Source: an uncultured Coriobacteriaceae bacterium (GTDB lineage: Bacteria; Actinomycetota; Coriobacteriia; Coriobacteriales; Eggerthellaceae). From it: a stretch of DNA of 64,000 nt. How positions within the stretch are numbered: position 1 is the first letter of the stretch; each line of letters begins with the position of its first letter. A program made the position numbers and the translations under genes. The notes under the pieces are model-generated. The model was not told the DNA's origin and did not search any database. It worked only from the letters and a program-made list of their open reading frames with translations. Positions 55,813 through 64,000 of this stretch are shown here, piece by piece. Location of the stretch: contig URQU01000003.1 in assembly GCA_900550055.1 (NCBI GenBank), forward strand, positions 15,661 through 79,660. The letters are read 5' to 3'.

Positions 55813-56178
55813 ATGTTCGATACCGATAGCGATGTCCCGTACGACATCGAGCCGACCGCGACCGAGAAGCCGAAGGCCTCGACTGCGGACAGCGCAGCCG
55901 AGGCTGCCAAGAAGACGGCCGAGGCCGAGAAGCGCGAGAAGCGCCGCGCCCGCCAGAAGCGCCAAGCGTTCACCGAGCAGATGCAGAACTTGACGATGGA
56001 CGACATCAGACGCCTGATGGAGTCCAGCGTCGACCTCGGCGGCGTCAGCGACCCGCAGGCCGAGATTGAGCGCCGCATCGAGCGCAACGGCATGGCGTAC
56101 CTGATGAAGGGCGGCGCCGTGTATGCCGTGGTGCTCTCGAGCGACGACTACGAACGTCTCGCGGACAAGAAGGCGTAG
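55813..56178 (+). CDS. hypothetical protein with a Phd/YefM-antitoxin-like C-terminal segment
   Basis: The C-terminal segment is GGAVYAVVLSSDDYERLA. The N-terminus is low-complexity Ala/Lys/Glu. Confidence 0.3.
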   Translation: MFDTDSDVPYDIEPTATEKPKASTADSAAEAAKKTAEAEKREKRRARQKRQAFTEQMQNLTMDDIRRLMESSVDLGGVSDPQAEIERRIERNGMAYLMKGGAVYAVVLSSDDYERLADKKA

Positions 56179-56639
56179 ACCTCGCATTGGCGAGGGTCGC
56201 CGGGCGAGAGGCCGCCACCGGAACACGGTGGCGGCCTTTTTCATGTCGCGACGCAACGCCCGGAACACTGACCGGACAACGATGGAAAGCGAGCGGAAAC
56301 GCTCGCGGCGGACACAGACGGCCAGGCCCCGCCCCGCCTCGATGCGCGCCCGCCGGAGCCGGGAGGTATCGGATCGGCGCGCACCGAGACGTTGGACACG
56401 CGCCCGCGCGCAAGACTCCTGCCGCGATCGGGCACGCAGGCTACCGCACCCCGTCATAACTTCGAGTGCCACGCGGACATGCCGACATCTCTCCGCAAGC
56501 AGCTCGTAGATCGGCGCCGGGTCGTCCACGGCATCGCCATCGGCCGCGAGCAGATCGAGCACGGCGGCCACCCCCTCGATGATACGGGCGCAATCGTCAG
56601 CATCCATATGACCCTCCTTCTCATCGCTGAAAACAACTT

Positions 56640-56990
56640 ATACGGCCGTGACGGTATCCGAGCCGTATCGGACTTGCAACAGATGAGCAGCGTCCCGTTC
56701 GTCGCGAAAGAGACGAGGGACAGCCGAAACGCGGACGGTATAACGGCATCGGATGACCGGTGTAAACCGGTTTAAACCCAGGCAAATAGGGGTAGGATAC
56801 TGAAAACTTCGCAAGAGACGCATACTTGTACCTCCATCGTAGATGTATGTACAAGTATGCCACCGAAGTCGGTCAGATTTCCGCCACCGGGCACAGCCCG
56901 CCGACGGAAATCTGACCGCCTCCGGCGCTTGCCAGGGCTCCGCCCTTGGACCGGGGTCGCGCACAGGTGCGCGAGGAATTGGAGGAAGCG
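56640..56990. promoter_or_regulatory. candidate oriT / relaxosome region upstream of mobC
   Basis: GC drops locally. A perfect 12-bp palindrome taaaccggttta lies at about 56764-56775. An inverted repeat acttgtac-N17-gtacaagt lies at about 56825-56857. Confidence 0.3.
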
Positions 56991-57019
56991 TGGCAGAAAA
57001 AGCCACCTCGCAGACAAGA

Positions 57020-57601
57020 ATGGTCAGCATCAGGTTGACCGAGGAGGAAATCAGCACCCTCAAGGCTAAAGCGAGTCTTGCGGGCACGACCGTCACAGAC
57101 TTCGTCCGCGAGACGGCGATCTACGGCAAGCAGGAGTTCACGCTGGCGAAGCTGCCCGGCGGCGAGCGCGTGGACGTGAAGGAGGCGCTGGAAGGGTTAC
57201 TCGACACCGAGCACCGCACGGTGCAGAAGCATTTCAACGTGACGCCTTACGAGGACACCTTCATCCGTGACGCCGCGAGGAAGGCCGGCATGACGCAATC
57301 GCGCTTCATGGTCGACCGCATCCTCCACACGCCCATGTACTACATCGGCGACCCCGACTTCTTCCAGAAGTTCTTCTACGAGCTCAACAAGCAGGGCGTG
57401 AACCTGAACCAGCTGGCCGCCGCGGCGAACACGCTGATCCTCCTCCAGGACATGCCCGACATGGCCAGGGAGCGCCGCTGCGAGCTCGCGGCGCAGATCG
57501 AGCACTTCGTAGCGACCCTGAAAGACCCATACTGCAAGGCGCTCGCGGAGACGCGCGGCCTCATGATGCAGCTCAGGCGGCAGTCCGAGGTGGAGCGATA
57601 G
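57020..57601 (+). CDS. mobC: MobC-family mobilisation (relaxosome accessory) protein
   Basis: The RHH-like N-terminus is RLTEEEISTLKAKASLAGTTVTDFVRE and the MobC motif is GVNLNQLAAAAN. The start could be the ATG at 57020 or an upstream GTG. Confidence 0.7.
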   Translation: MVSIRLTEEEISTLKAKASLAGTTVTDFVRETAIYGKQEFTLAKLPGGERVDVKEALEGLLDTEHRTVQKHFNVTPYEDTFIRDAARKAGMTQSRFMVDRILHTPMYYIGDPDFFQKFFYELNKQGVNLNQLAAAANTLILLQDMPDMARERRCELAAQIEHFVATLKDPYCKALAETRGLMMQLRRQSEVER

Positions 57602-57602
57602 C

Positions 57603-59663
57603 ATGGCCATGCTCAAGACGCTCGCCCGGAAGTTCGGCGGCTGCAAGCAGATAAAGGACTACCTCGCGCGCAACGGCCGCGCCGTGACGTTCCGCTCAAG
57701 CTCAATCGATCTCGATAGCGCCGGCTGGGACGGGCAGATGGACGCGACGCGCCAGGTGTTCGGCAAGGATACGGGCCGCAAGTACTACCATTTCGTGATC
57801 TCACCCGATCCCGAGGACGGCCTGGATGCCAAGGCGGTAGACGCATTGGCATGCGATTGGGTGCGCGAGCGCTACAGCGGATATCAGTGGGTGATCGAGA
57901 CTCATATAGATAACGGCATTCCGCATGCACATATCGTCGTCAACTCCGTCAACCCCGTTGACGGGAGGAAGATACACCTCGACGACGATGACGTGCAGGC
58001 CGACGCGATGGAGTTGCAGAGAATCTGCCGCGACTACGGCTACACCGCCTTCGACAACTTCAAGTTCACGAGGGACGAGGACGGTTCCTGGTACGCACGC
58101 ACGCCGCGCCCCGACCGCCGGCGCGAGGTCGTCTTGCAGGAGGCGCGCCCGGCGCGCCGTCATATGACGGACGCCCAGCGCCGCGCCAGGTACAGCGGCA
58201 AGAAACTCTGGACCGATGCGATGCACGACGATATCGAGTCGGCTTTGCAGGGGTGCCGGACATGGCCCGCGCTCGAGAGGCGTTTGGCGGAGAAGGGCTA
58301 CCGCATCAATATCAACCGCCGCGGAGTGCTGACCTTCTACCCGCCCGAGGGCAAGGGCCATCCCGTGAAGGGTTACAAGCTGGACGACTCCTATACGGTC
58401 GAGGGATTGCGCGAGCGCCTTGCCGTGCGACTCGAGGGACAGCGCCCGAACGTGAAGATGTGCACCGAGGACCTTGTCCCGGACGTCGTCCTGCCGCCCA
58501 TGACTTTCGAGGCGGTCGCATCCAACAATCTCGAGCGGTCTAAGAGGATCGAGCGCTCCGCCGCCCGCCTTGCCGCCGCGGCCGACGCCGTGAACATTAT
58601 CCGAGAGCGCGGCTACCGCTGCTATGCGGACATGGCGGCCGATGCCAGGCGCCTCGCCGCCGAGGTCGACGCGCTCGACGCGAGGGTCGACGCGCTCAAG
58701 CTGGAGGCCGAGCAGACCGCCGAGGCCATCCGCCAGGTCGAGGTCTACACGTCTTGCGTCGCGCAGTTGACCGCGCGCCCGGAAGGAGCCGAAGCGCTCG
58801 CGGCATGGCGCGAGGACAATGCAGACGAGCTTCGCGAGATGGAATCGATCCGCAAGTGGATGGCCGAGCGCGGAATCGTGCTCACCGATATGACATACAC
58901 GGACCTCCTCGCACGCCGCGACGGCGTCAGGGCCGACGTGGCGAACCTCGCTTCCATGGCAGTCGATATCCGCAACCGCTCGCGCCGACTTTCCGCCGCT
59001 GTCGATGTCCTGGACTCATCGCAGATGCCGATTGGCCCCATAGATGTACGGGGCCGCGGCGAGAGGCAGAAGGGCGCCGGTCACGGCCTGCGCGACGCCA
59101 AGGTCATCACCGCGAACCAGACCGCCGAGCTGACGCGCGAGTACACGCGCTATCGCAAGGCCTATTCGGGGGCCATCGCGGCGGGCGCCCTCACGCCGGA
59201 TAAGATCAAGCAGATTGAGCGCGACCACGAGCGGGCCAAGGCGAAGATCATCGGCGAGCAGCGCGAGGAGGACCTGCGCGCGGAACGCTCGGCGTACGGG
59301 ATGGCCGGAAGCGAATGGGCGCAGGATGCTCCCGTGACGGTCGCCGCACCCGGCGGGACGGACAAGAGGTCGAAGCCCGGATGGAAGCCGTACCTCCAGC
59401 GCCCCGCGACCGAGAAGCAGATGAAATATCTCGAAGACCGCGTAGAGTCCGGCATCATCGCGCAGGCCGACATCGACAGCCTCGGCGGCGAGCCGACCAT
59501 CGCGGACGTCAACGCGCTCCTGAACTCGCATCCCAAGGTCAAGAACCTGGAGCTTGAGAAGATGGACGGCGACGGCGCGGACGGCACACGGACGTACACG
59601 CAGACCCGAGACGATATCGAGGACGACGGCTATACGCCGGCGAACTACACGAGGAGGAGATAG
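57603..59663 (+). CDS. MOB relaxase (relaxase/mobilisation nuclease domain) with a long coiled-coil C-terminus
   Basis: The N-terminal relaxase motifs are YYHFVISP and HxH HAHIVVNSV. It is 686 aa and ATGA-coupled to mobC. Confidence 0.85.
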   Translation: MAMLKTLARKFGGCKQIKDYLARNGRAVTFRSSSIDLDSAGWDGQMDATRQVFGKDTGRKYYHFVISPDPEDGLDAKAVDALACDWVRERYSGYQWVIETHIDNGIPHAHIVVNSVNPVDGRKIHLDDDDVQADAMELQRICRDYGYTAFDNFKFTRDEDGSWYARTPRPDRRREVVLQEARPARRHMTDAQRRARYSGKKLWTDAMHDDIESALQGCRTWPALERRLAEKGYRININRRGVLTFYPPEGKGHPVKGYKLDDSYTVEGLRERLAVRLEGQRPNVKMCTEDLVPDVVLPPMTFEAVASNNLERSKRIERSAARLAAAADAVNIIRERGYRCYADMAADARRLAAEVDALDARVDALKLEAEQTAEAIRQVEVYTSCVAQLTARPEGAEALAAWREDNADELREMESIRKWMAERGIVLTDMTYTDLLARRDGVRADVANLASMAVDIRNRSRRLSAAVDVLDSSQMPIGPIDVRGRGERQKGAGHGLRDAKVITANQTAELTREYTRYRKAYSGAIAAGALTPDKIKQIERDHERAKAKIIGEQREEDLRAERSAYGMAGSEWAQDAPVTVAAPGGTDKRSKPGWKPYLQRPATEKQMKYLEDRVESGIIAQADIDSLGGEPTIADVNALLNSHPKVKNLELEKMDGDGADGTRTYTQTRDDIEDDGYTPANYTRRR

Positions 59664-59666
59664 ACG

Positions 59667-60758
59667 GTGAATATCATCGTGAAGATGCACGACAGGGCCC
59701 GCGTGATCGAGACGACGCGCATGGACCTGCACAGCGGCATCATGCTCGAGGACGACTTCCTCGACATTTCCGATTGCCTGAACCAGGGCGTGCTTCTCGA
59801 GCGCAGCGTCTTCATCACCACGAGTGACGACATGCAGCTCCTCAAGCGCGCCGTGACGATCATCGAACCGGACGAGCTGGACGCCATAGACGGCGTCTAT
59901 GCGGACGGCAAGCCGATCCTCGTGAGGACCGAGGACGGTTCGCGTTTGGCTCCGGCCGTCTTCGAGGTGCTGTTCGACGACAGCGGCAACTACTTGGGCG
60001 ACCACGGGCAAGGCCTCTGTATTTACTATGAGTCCGGCAGCTACGAGACGATCGTGCCGACCGTGCTCTCGTTCGGAGACGGCATGCTCATGGCCGACGA
60101 CCTGATCGATTGGAGCGACCTGGACTCGGGCATCACCTGGACCCGCGGAACCTGGACACGCGGCGACCGGAACCTCATGGAGCTCCGCCCCGAGCCCACG
60201 GTCGTGGTCGACCCGGAGCAGTACGCGCACATGGAGCTCATGACCTTCGGCGGCGCGCTCGTGGCCATGAAGACCGCGGGCGGCATGGTGAGCGGCGGCG
60301 GCACCGTCTCGGACGATCCCGATGCCGACGATGCCGAGACCGAAAGCGAACCGCAGCCGTCCCAAGACGCGGAAACCGATGGCGCTACGGCAGACGCCGC
60401 CGAAGACGGCCCCGACGACCGAGCCTCAGCGGAAGACGTCCCCGATACGGATTCACTCGAGTCTACCGCGGACACCGCGGGAGACGGCTCGGAGGCAGAT
60501 ATCGACCTCGAACCCGGCGGCTCGGAGACCGAGTCCGCCGAGATTGACAGACTTGAGTATGAGTACGGCCTATTGAAGAAGGTCGAGGATTATCGGGCTG
60601 GCAGGCTTGAGACCGTGACGCTCGACGAGCTGGAGGAAAGCCTTGGCTTGGCGAGTCGAGGTCGACAAGGACATCCAGCGTTCGATGAAGACAGTGACGA
60701 CGATGATGACAGCGACGACTACGAGGAAGACGATTCGATGTTCGCCGACCTCTTCTAG
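59667..60758 (+). CDS. highly acidic hypothetical protein (C-terminal D/E-rich tail)
   Basis: It is 363 aa. The last about 130 aa are poly-acidic (DDPDADDAETESEP ... DEDSDDDDDSDDYEEDD). It lies immediately after the relaxase. Confidence 0.55.
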   Translation: MNIIVKMHDRARVIETTRMDLHSGIMLEDDFLDISDCLNQGVLLERSVFITTSDDMQLLKRAVTIIEPDELDAIDGVYADGKPILVRTEDGSRLAPAVFEVLFDDSGNYLGDHGQGLCIYYESGSYETIVPTVLSFGDGMLMADDLIDWSDLDSGITWTRGTWTRGDRNLMELRPEPTVVVDPEQYAHMELMTFGGALVAMKTAGGMVSGGGTVSDDPDADDAETESEPQPSQDAETDGATADAAEDGPDDRASAEDVPDTDSLESTADTAGDGSEADIDLEPGGSETESAEIDRLEYEYGLLKKVEDYRAGRLETVTLDELEESLGLASRGRQGHPAFDEDSDDDDDSDDYEEDDSMFADLF

Positions 60759-60772
60759 AAAGTAGCAACAGT

Positions 60773-60808
60773 GATACCGGTGGCGGCAAAACGGCCGCCG
60801 CTGGTATC
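60773..60808 (+). terminator. imperfect hairpin after the acidic-protein gene (terminator or recombination site)
   Basis: The hairpin is gataccggtggcggc-aaaac-ggccgccgctggtatc. No strong U-tract follows, so the call is low-confidence. Confidence 0.3.
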
Positions 60809-60997
60809 ACCTTCCCGTTACAAATTGAAACACTTGGGGAAGTTAAGCCATGGAAGTTAACAAGGAGGATCGAGTGAAAGAAAGCATAGCTATAAACCGC
60901 TTGATCTATTTGTTTCACAAGATGACAGCAACACTGATCTGCTTGCTCACTCAGTGAATCTCCATCGTTTGTTCGCTACCTGATAACGGGCTCCTGT

Positions 60998-61327
60998 TTG
61001 ATAATCGGATATATGGAAGATTGGATAAAAGACGGTAACGGCAGAATGAGACGCGTTCACAAGCGATACGTTGACGTCGTCGCACACATGCGCGACGATG
61101 GCTTTTTAGAGCCACTAAGCATCACGTGGCGCGACGGTCGCACCTTTAGAGTGACGCAAGTAATCGAGGTGGGGGAGTTCCGCCCTGGCTTCGAAGGCTT
61201 CTTCACGGCTAAATACCGCGTAAGCATTGGCAACCGAAGAACGAACTTGTACCTAGAACAGCACCTAAACCGACCAGAATCAGGCATGCCACCAACCGTC
61301 CGATGGTGGGTTCATGAGTTCGTATAA
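60998..61327 (+). CDS. hypothetical protein in a lower-GC segment
   Basis: It is 109 aa and the local composition differs from the flanks. Confidence 0.4.
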   Translation: MIIGYMEDWIKDGNGRMRRVHKRYVDVVAHMRDDGFLEPLSITWRDGRTFRVTQVIEVGEFRPGFEGFFTAKYRVSIGNRRTNLYLEQHLNRPESGMPPTVRWWVHEFV

Positions 61328-61530
61328 TTGTCAGAACAAGCCAATGGTATAACGCCTTCATATACTCGCGACACCTACGCCAAGGCACCCGGAAACCGGG
61401 TGCCTTTTTCGATATTTACCCCGTTCAGCGAATAGGTTTTTCCACCGCGGGTAGAACTCTGGATATTGGGGGCGTATCCCCTCATATCGATTGAAGACCC
61501 GAAATCGCATTTGTGGAAAAGGAAATCGAA

Positions 61531-61680
61531 ATGTCCGTAAATGTAAGTGGCCTGTATGGCCTTGAAGATAGGTTGGAGAGGGTTGCCGACGAGCTGCGCA
61601 AGCGCAACGAGATTGAGGCTCAGAAGCTCGAGCTGCTGAAGCAGATTGAGAGGAATCTGATCAATAAGGATAAGGGGTAG
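61531..61680 (+). CDS. small coiled-coil protein (49 aa)
   Basis: An AAAAGGAAA RBS is upstream. It is not in the supplied ORF track because it is under 60 aa; I read it directly. Confidence 0.3.
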   Translation: MSVNVSGLYGLEDRLERVADELRKRNEIEAQKLELLKQIERNLINKDKG

Positions 61681-61684
61681 ACCC

Positions 61685-61915
61685 ATGACTGTTTCCGAAT
61701 ATTGTCGCCACGAGGCCAAGTGGCGCGATCTCGTCATCATCCGCAAAGGCGGCTGGGTGACGTGCTCGGCCTATATCGACCACGAGGATTTATTTCGCCT
61801 GCCGCTCGATATAGCCGAGGCTGAGGTTATCCGCGCAAAGCGCAGCTATATTGACATTGAAACTCACGGGAGCGGCGCATGGGACGTCCCGTGCACCTAT
61901 CTCGATATCAAATAG
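61685..61915 (+). CDS. small hypothetical protein (76 aa)
   Basis: An AAGGGG RBS is upstream, and it is tandem with the previous small gene. Confidence 0.35.
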   Translation: MTVSEYCRHEAKWRDLVIIRKGGWVTCSAYIDHEDLFRLPLDIAEAEVIRAKRSYIDIETHGSGAWDVPCTYLDIK

Positions 61916-61928
61916 GGAAGTGCTCTGG

Positions 61929-62861
61929 GTGGATCAAGACGAGATTGCAGTCATCATTCCCTGCTTCAACGAGGCCCAGACCATCGGCAAGGTGGTCGAT
62001 GATTTCCATCGCGAACTGCCCGAGGCGACAGTCTATGTATATGACAACGCTTCAACCGATGCGACCGCCGCGATTGCGATGAAGCACGGGGCGACCGTCC
62101 GCCATGAGCCGCGCCGCGGCAAGGGGAATGTCTGCCGCCAGATGTTCCGGGATATCGATGCCGCCTGCTACCTCATGGTGGACGGGGACGATACCTATCC
62201 GGCTGAGGCGGCAAAGGGCCTATGCGCCCCGATTATCGACAAAAAGGCCGACATGGTGGTTGGCGACAGGCTCTCCAACGGGACATACGCCAAGGCGAAC
62301 AGGCGTGCATTCCATGGCCTCGGCAATAATTTGGTTCGCGCCATGATCAAGTGGATTTACGGCTACGAATACGCTGACGTCATGACGGGTTACCGCGCCA
62401 TGCCCAAGCCCTTCGTGAAGACGTTTCCCGTCCTTTCCGAGGGCTTCCAGATTGAGACCGAGCTATCCATACACGCCGTCGACCGTCGTTGGCGCATCGC
62501 CGACGTCCCGGTGGAGTACCGCGACCGTCCCGAGGGCTCGGTCTCGAAGCTGGACACCGTGAAAGACGGGTTGAAGGTGATCGCGATGATCGGCACCCTT
62601 TTCAAGGACTACCGCCCGTTGAAGTTCTTCTCGCTGGTCGCCCTGATATTCTGCATCGGCGGCCTGTGTGCCGGCATGCCGGTAGTGACCGAATACCTCG
62701 CCACCGGCCTCGTGCCGCGGTTCCCGACCGCCATCCTCGCCGCGGCGCTCATGTTCACGGCCGCCATCTCGCTCGCCACGGGCTTCATCCTGGACGCCGT
62801 GGCGAAAGTCGAGCGGAAGCAATGGGAACTCCGCGTATACCGCCAGACCGAGGAAGACTGA
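61929..62861 (+). CDS. family-2 glycosyltransferase (polyprenol-phosphate sugar transferase, DPM1/GtrB-like) with a C-terminal two-TM anchor
   Basis: VIIPCFNEAQTIGKVV ... YDNASTDAT ... VDGDDTYP are GT2 DxD-type motifs. The start is probably the GTG at 61929, with an AGGGAAG RBS 8 nt upstream. The ORF track begins it at 61851. Confidence 0.75.
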   Translation: MDQDEIAVIIPCFNEAQTIGKVVDDFHRELPEATVYVYDNASTDATAAIAMKHGATVRHEPRRGKGNVCRQMFRDIDAACYLMVDGDDTYPAEAAKGLCAPIIDKKADMVVGDRLSNGTYAKANRRAFHGLGNNLVRAMIKWIYGYEYADVMTGYRAMPKPFVKTFPVLSEGFQIETELSIHAVDRRWRIADVPVEYRDRPEGSVSKLDTVKDGLKVIAMIGTLFKDYRPLKFFSLVALIFCIGGLCAGMPVVTEYLATGLVPRFPTAILAAALMFTAAISLATGFILDAVAKVERKQWELRVYRQTEED

Positions 62862-62875
62862 AAGAGGGAGCCATA

Positions 62876-64000
62876 TGCGCACCGATCGAATCTATATCGC
62901 GAAAGACGGGAAGTCGGGCATGCATGTCCTCGTCAGGATCCTGGCAGTTGGCGATATAGGGGCAGATTATCTCCCGATCGACCCAGACGGTTTCAATGAG
63001 CTCATGATGGCGAGGGATGCGCGCTCGCTGGTCCTGGCGGCCCAGGGTCTCGGCCCCATGTTAGCCTCGGAAGGCGATCTCGCAAGCCGCATCTTCGTAC
63101 CGAGCGAGCTCCGACGAGGCATCGCGGGCGAAATGGACCTAGTCCCATCCGACCTAGGAGGTCTGCTGTCCGAGTGTTACTTCGATCCATATGCCGAGCC
63201 CGTAGGAACAGGCGGCATGGGCTATAGGGGAATCGGCAGAACGGGAAAGAAAGCCGCAAGGGACCTTATCGAAGGGTTCGACTTCTCGAATGCCGGAGAT
63301 CTATCCTACCTCGATTCGCAGTTCCGCGCCGTCGTCGAGCCGCTGCACGATTGGGTCTTTGCGAGGAACCTGCTTTCGATAGTCCTGCGCATAGGAGGGC
63401 TCTACAGGGCCGGCGCCGACCCGAAGGCCATCCTGGAAGCCGCACGGTTTCGCAAGGTCGAGCCATCGGGCCAGAAAGACCGGTTCGATATGGGCCCAGC
63501 AGCATGCTTTGCGATCCCAGTGGCATACAACCCGTTCTACACCACAGATACCCTGGCGATTTCCGACGCGCCCCTCGATATCCGAAAGGCGTGGCCCCTT
63601 TACGCCGACCTAGTCGACATCGGAAGACCGTCGACGCGGCCCGCCATCGATCATCGCCTGAAAGGCGAGGGGAACGGGTTCATCAGGTTTCTCACCTCGC
63701 TCGAGACGAAACAGCCCGACGGTACCGACCGCAAAGGCCGCCCGGAAGAGGACAGATGGTACTATCTGGTCGTAAGTTCAGATATCGGCGGCAAGCACGT
63801 GAAAGATCAGATGCGGATAGCGAATCGACTGCTACAGGCATTTGACGGAAGGCTGTTTCAGCCCCGCCTGGCGTATTCCGGTGTGAAGATGACCGAGATC
63901 GCCCCCGAGCAGAAACCACGCAACATGCTGGAAGCCATGTGGTTGCTCGTCAGGAACCATCCCGACCATTACCTCTTGACGTGCAAACGCTGCATGCGAA
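62876..64000 (+). CDS. hypothetical protein, 3'-truncated by the window edge
   Basis: An AGAGGGAG RBS is upstream. The ATG at 62876 opens a frame that stays open to position 64000. I read it directly from the sequence. Confidence 0.5.

Noticed and set aside
54699-56093. 464-aa minus-strand ORF
   Set aside because: It is antisense to the 606-aa plus-strand gene and the Phd-like gene, and is Arg/Ala-rich.
59016-60365. 449-aa minus-strand ORF
   Set aside because: It is antisense to the relaxase and acidic-protein genes.
61375-61746. 123-aa minus-strand ORF
   Set aside because: Two tandem plus-strand small genes with RBSs occupy the same span, and the minus ORF has no RBS, so the plus-strand reading is preferred at low confidence.
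25110-64000. Integrase/recombinase, tRNA or T4SS genes defining an ICE or prophage
   Set aside because: I looked for tyrosine-recombinase (R..H..R..Y), serine-recombinase, tRNA cloverleaf and VirB4/VirD4 signatures and found none in the window. The element is therefore called plasmid-like or mobilizable, with boundaries left open.

Overview
The window is GC-rich DNA with an actinobacterial look. Dense ATG-overlap gene coupling and a Tat-exported molybdoenzyme with an NrfD-type membrane anchor suggest Coriobacteriia/Eggerthellaceae, but that is inference only. All calls were made by eye from the sequence and the supplied ORF track, with no database searches.

Positions 1 to about 25110 look chromosomal. 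They carry an MFS transporter, a polar-amino-acid ABC transporter (binding protein, permease, ATPase), a histidine-phosphatase-family protein, two envelope proteins (a DUF4012-like protein and a membrane-anchored caspase-like peptidase), a DEAD-box RNA helicase, a Wzz / BY-kinase / PHP-phosphatase capsule-regulation module, an aldo/keto reductase with an Fe-S tail, and a UPF0126 membrane protein. They also hold a four-gene DMSO-reductase-family operon (Tat catalytic subunit, 4Fe-4S subunit, NrfD membrane subunit, TorD-like chaperone) with a near-perfect palindromic operator upstream, and an RlmB-type rRNA methyltransferase.

From about 25110 to beyond 60760 lies a plasmid-like mobilizable element; no integrase is visible in the window. 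It carries a replication initiator with iterons inside its own gene, a DnaC-like loader, two SSB-type genes, ParA plus a ribbon-helix-helix partner, MobC plus a MOB relaxase, and several HTH regulators. A 33-bp promoter-like motif (-35 TTTACG, exactly 16 nt, -10 TACATA/TAGATA) recurs five times across it.

The main cargo is a translationally coupled three-gene minus-strand operon at 36476..43309. It encodes a PD-(D/E)xK/Zn-ribbon nuclease, a 1040-aa DinG/XPD-type Fe-S helicase and an 842-aa protein. This is the architecture of the computationally described but functionally uncharacterised pPIWI-RE (prokaryotic PIWI/Argonaute-like) conflict systems. Flotillin, a small PD-(D/E)xK nuclease and a Pif1-like helicase sit immediately upstream. 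I consider this operon the candidate novel system in the window.
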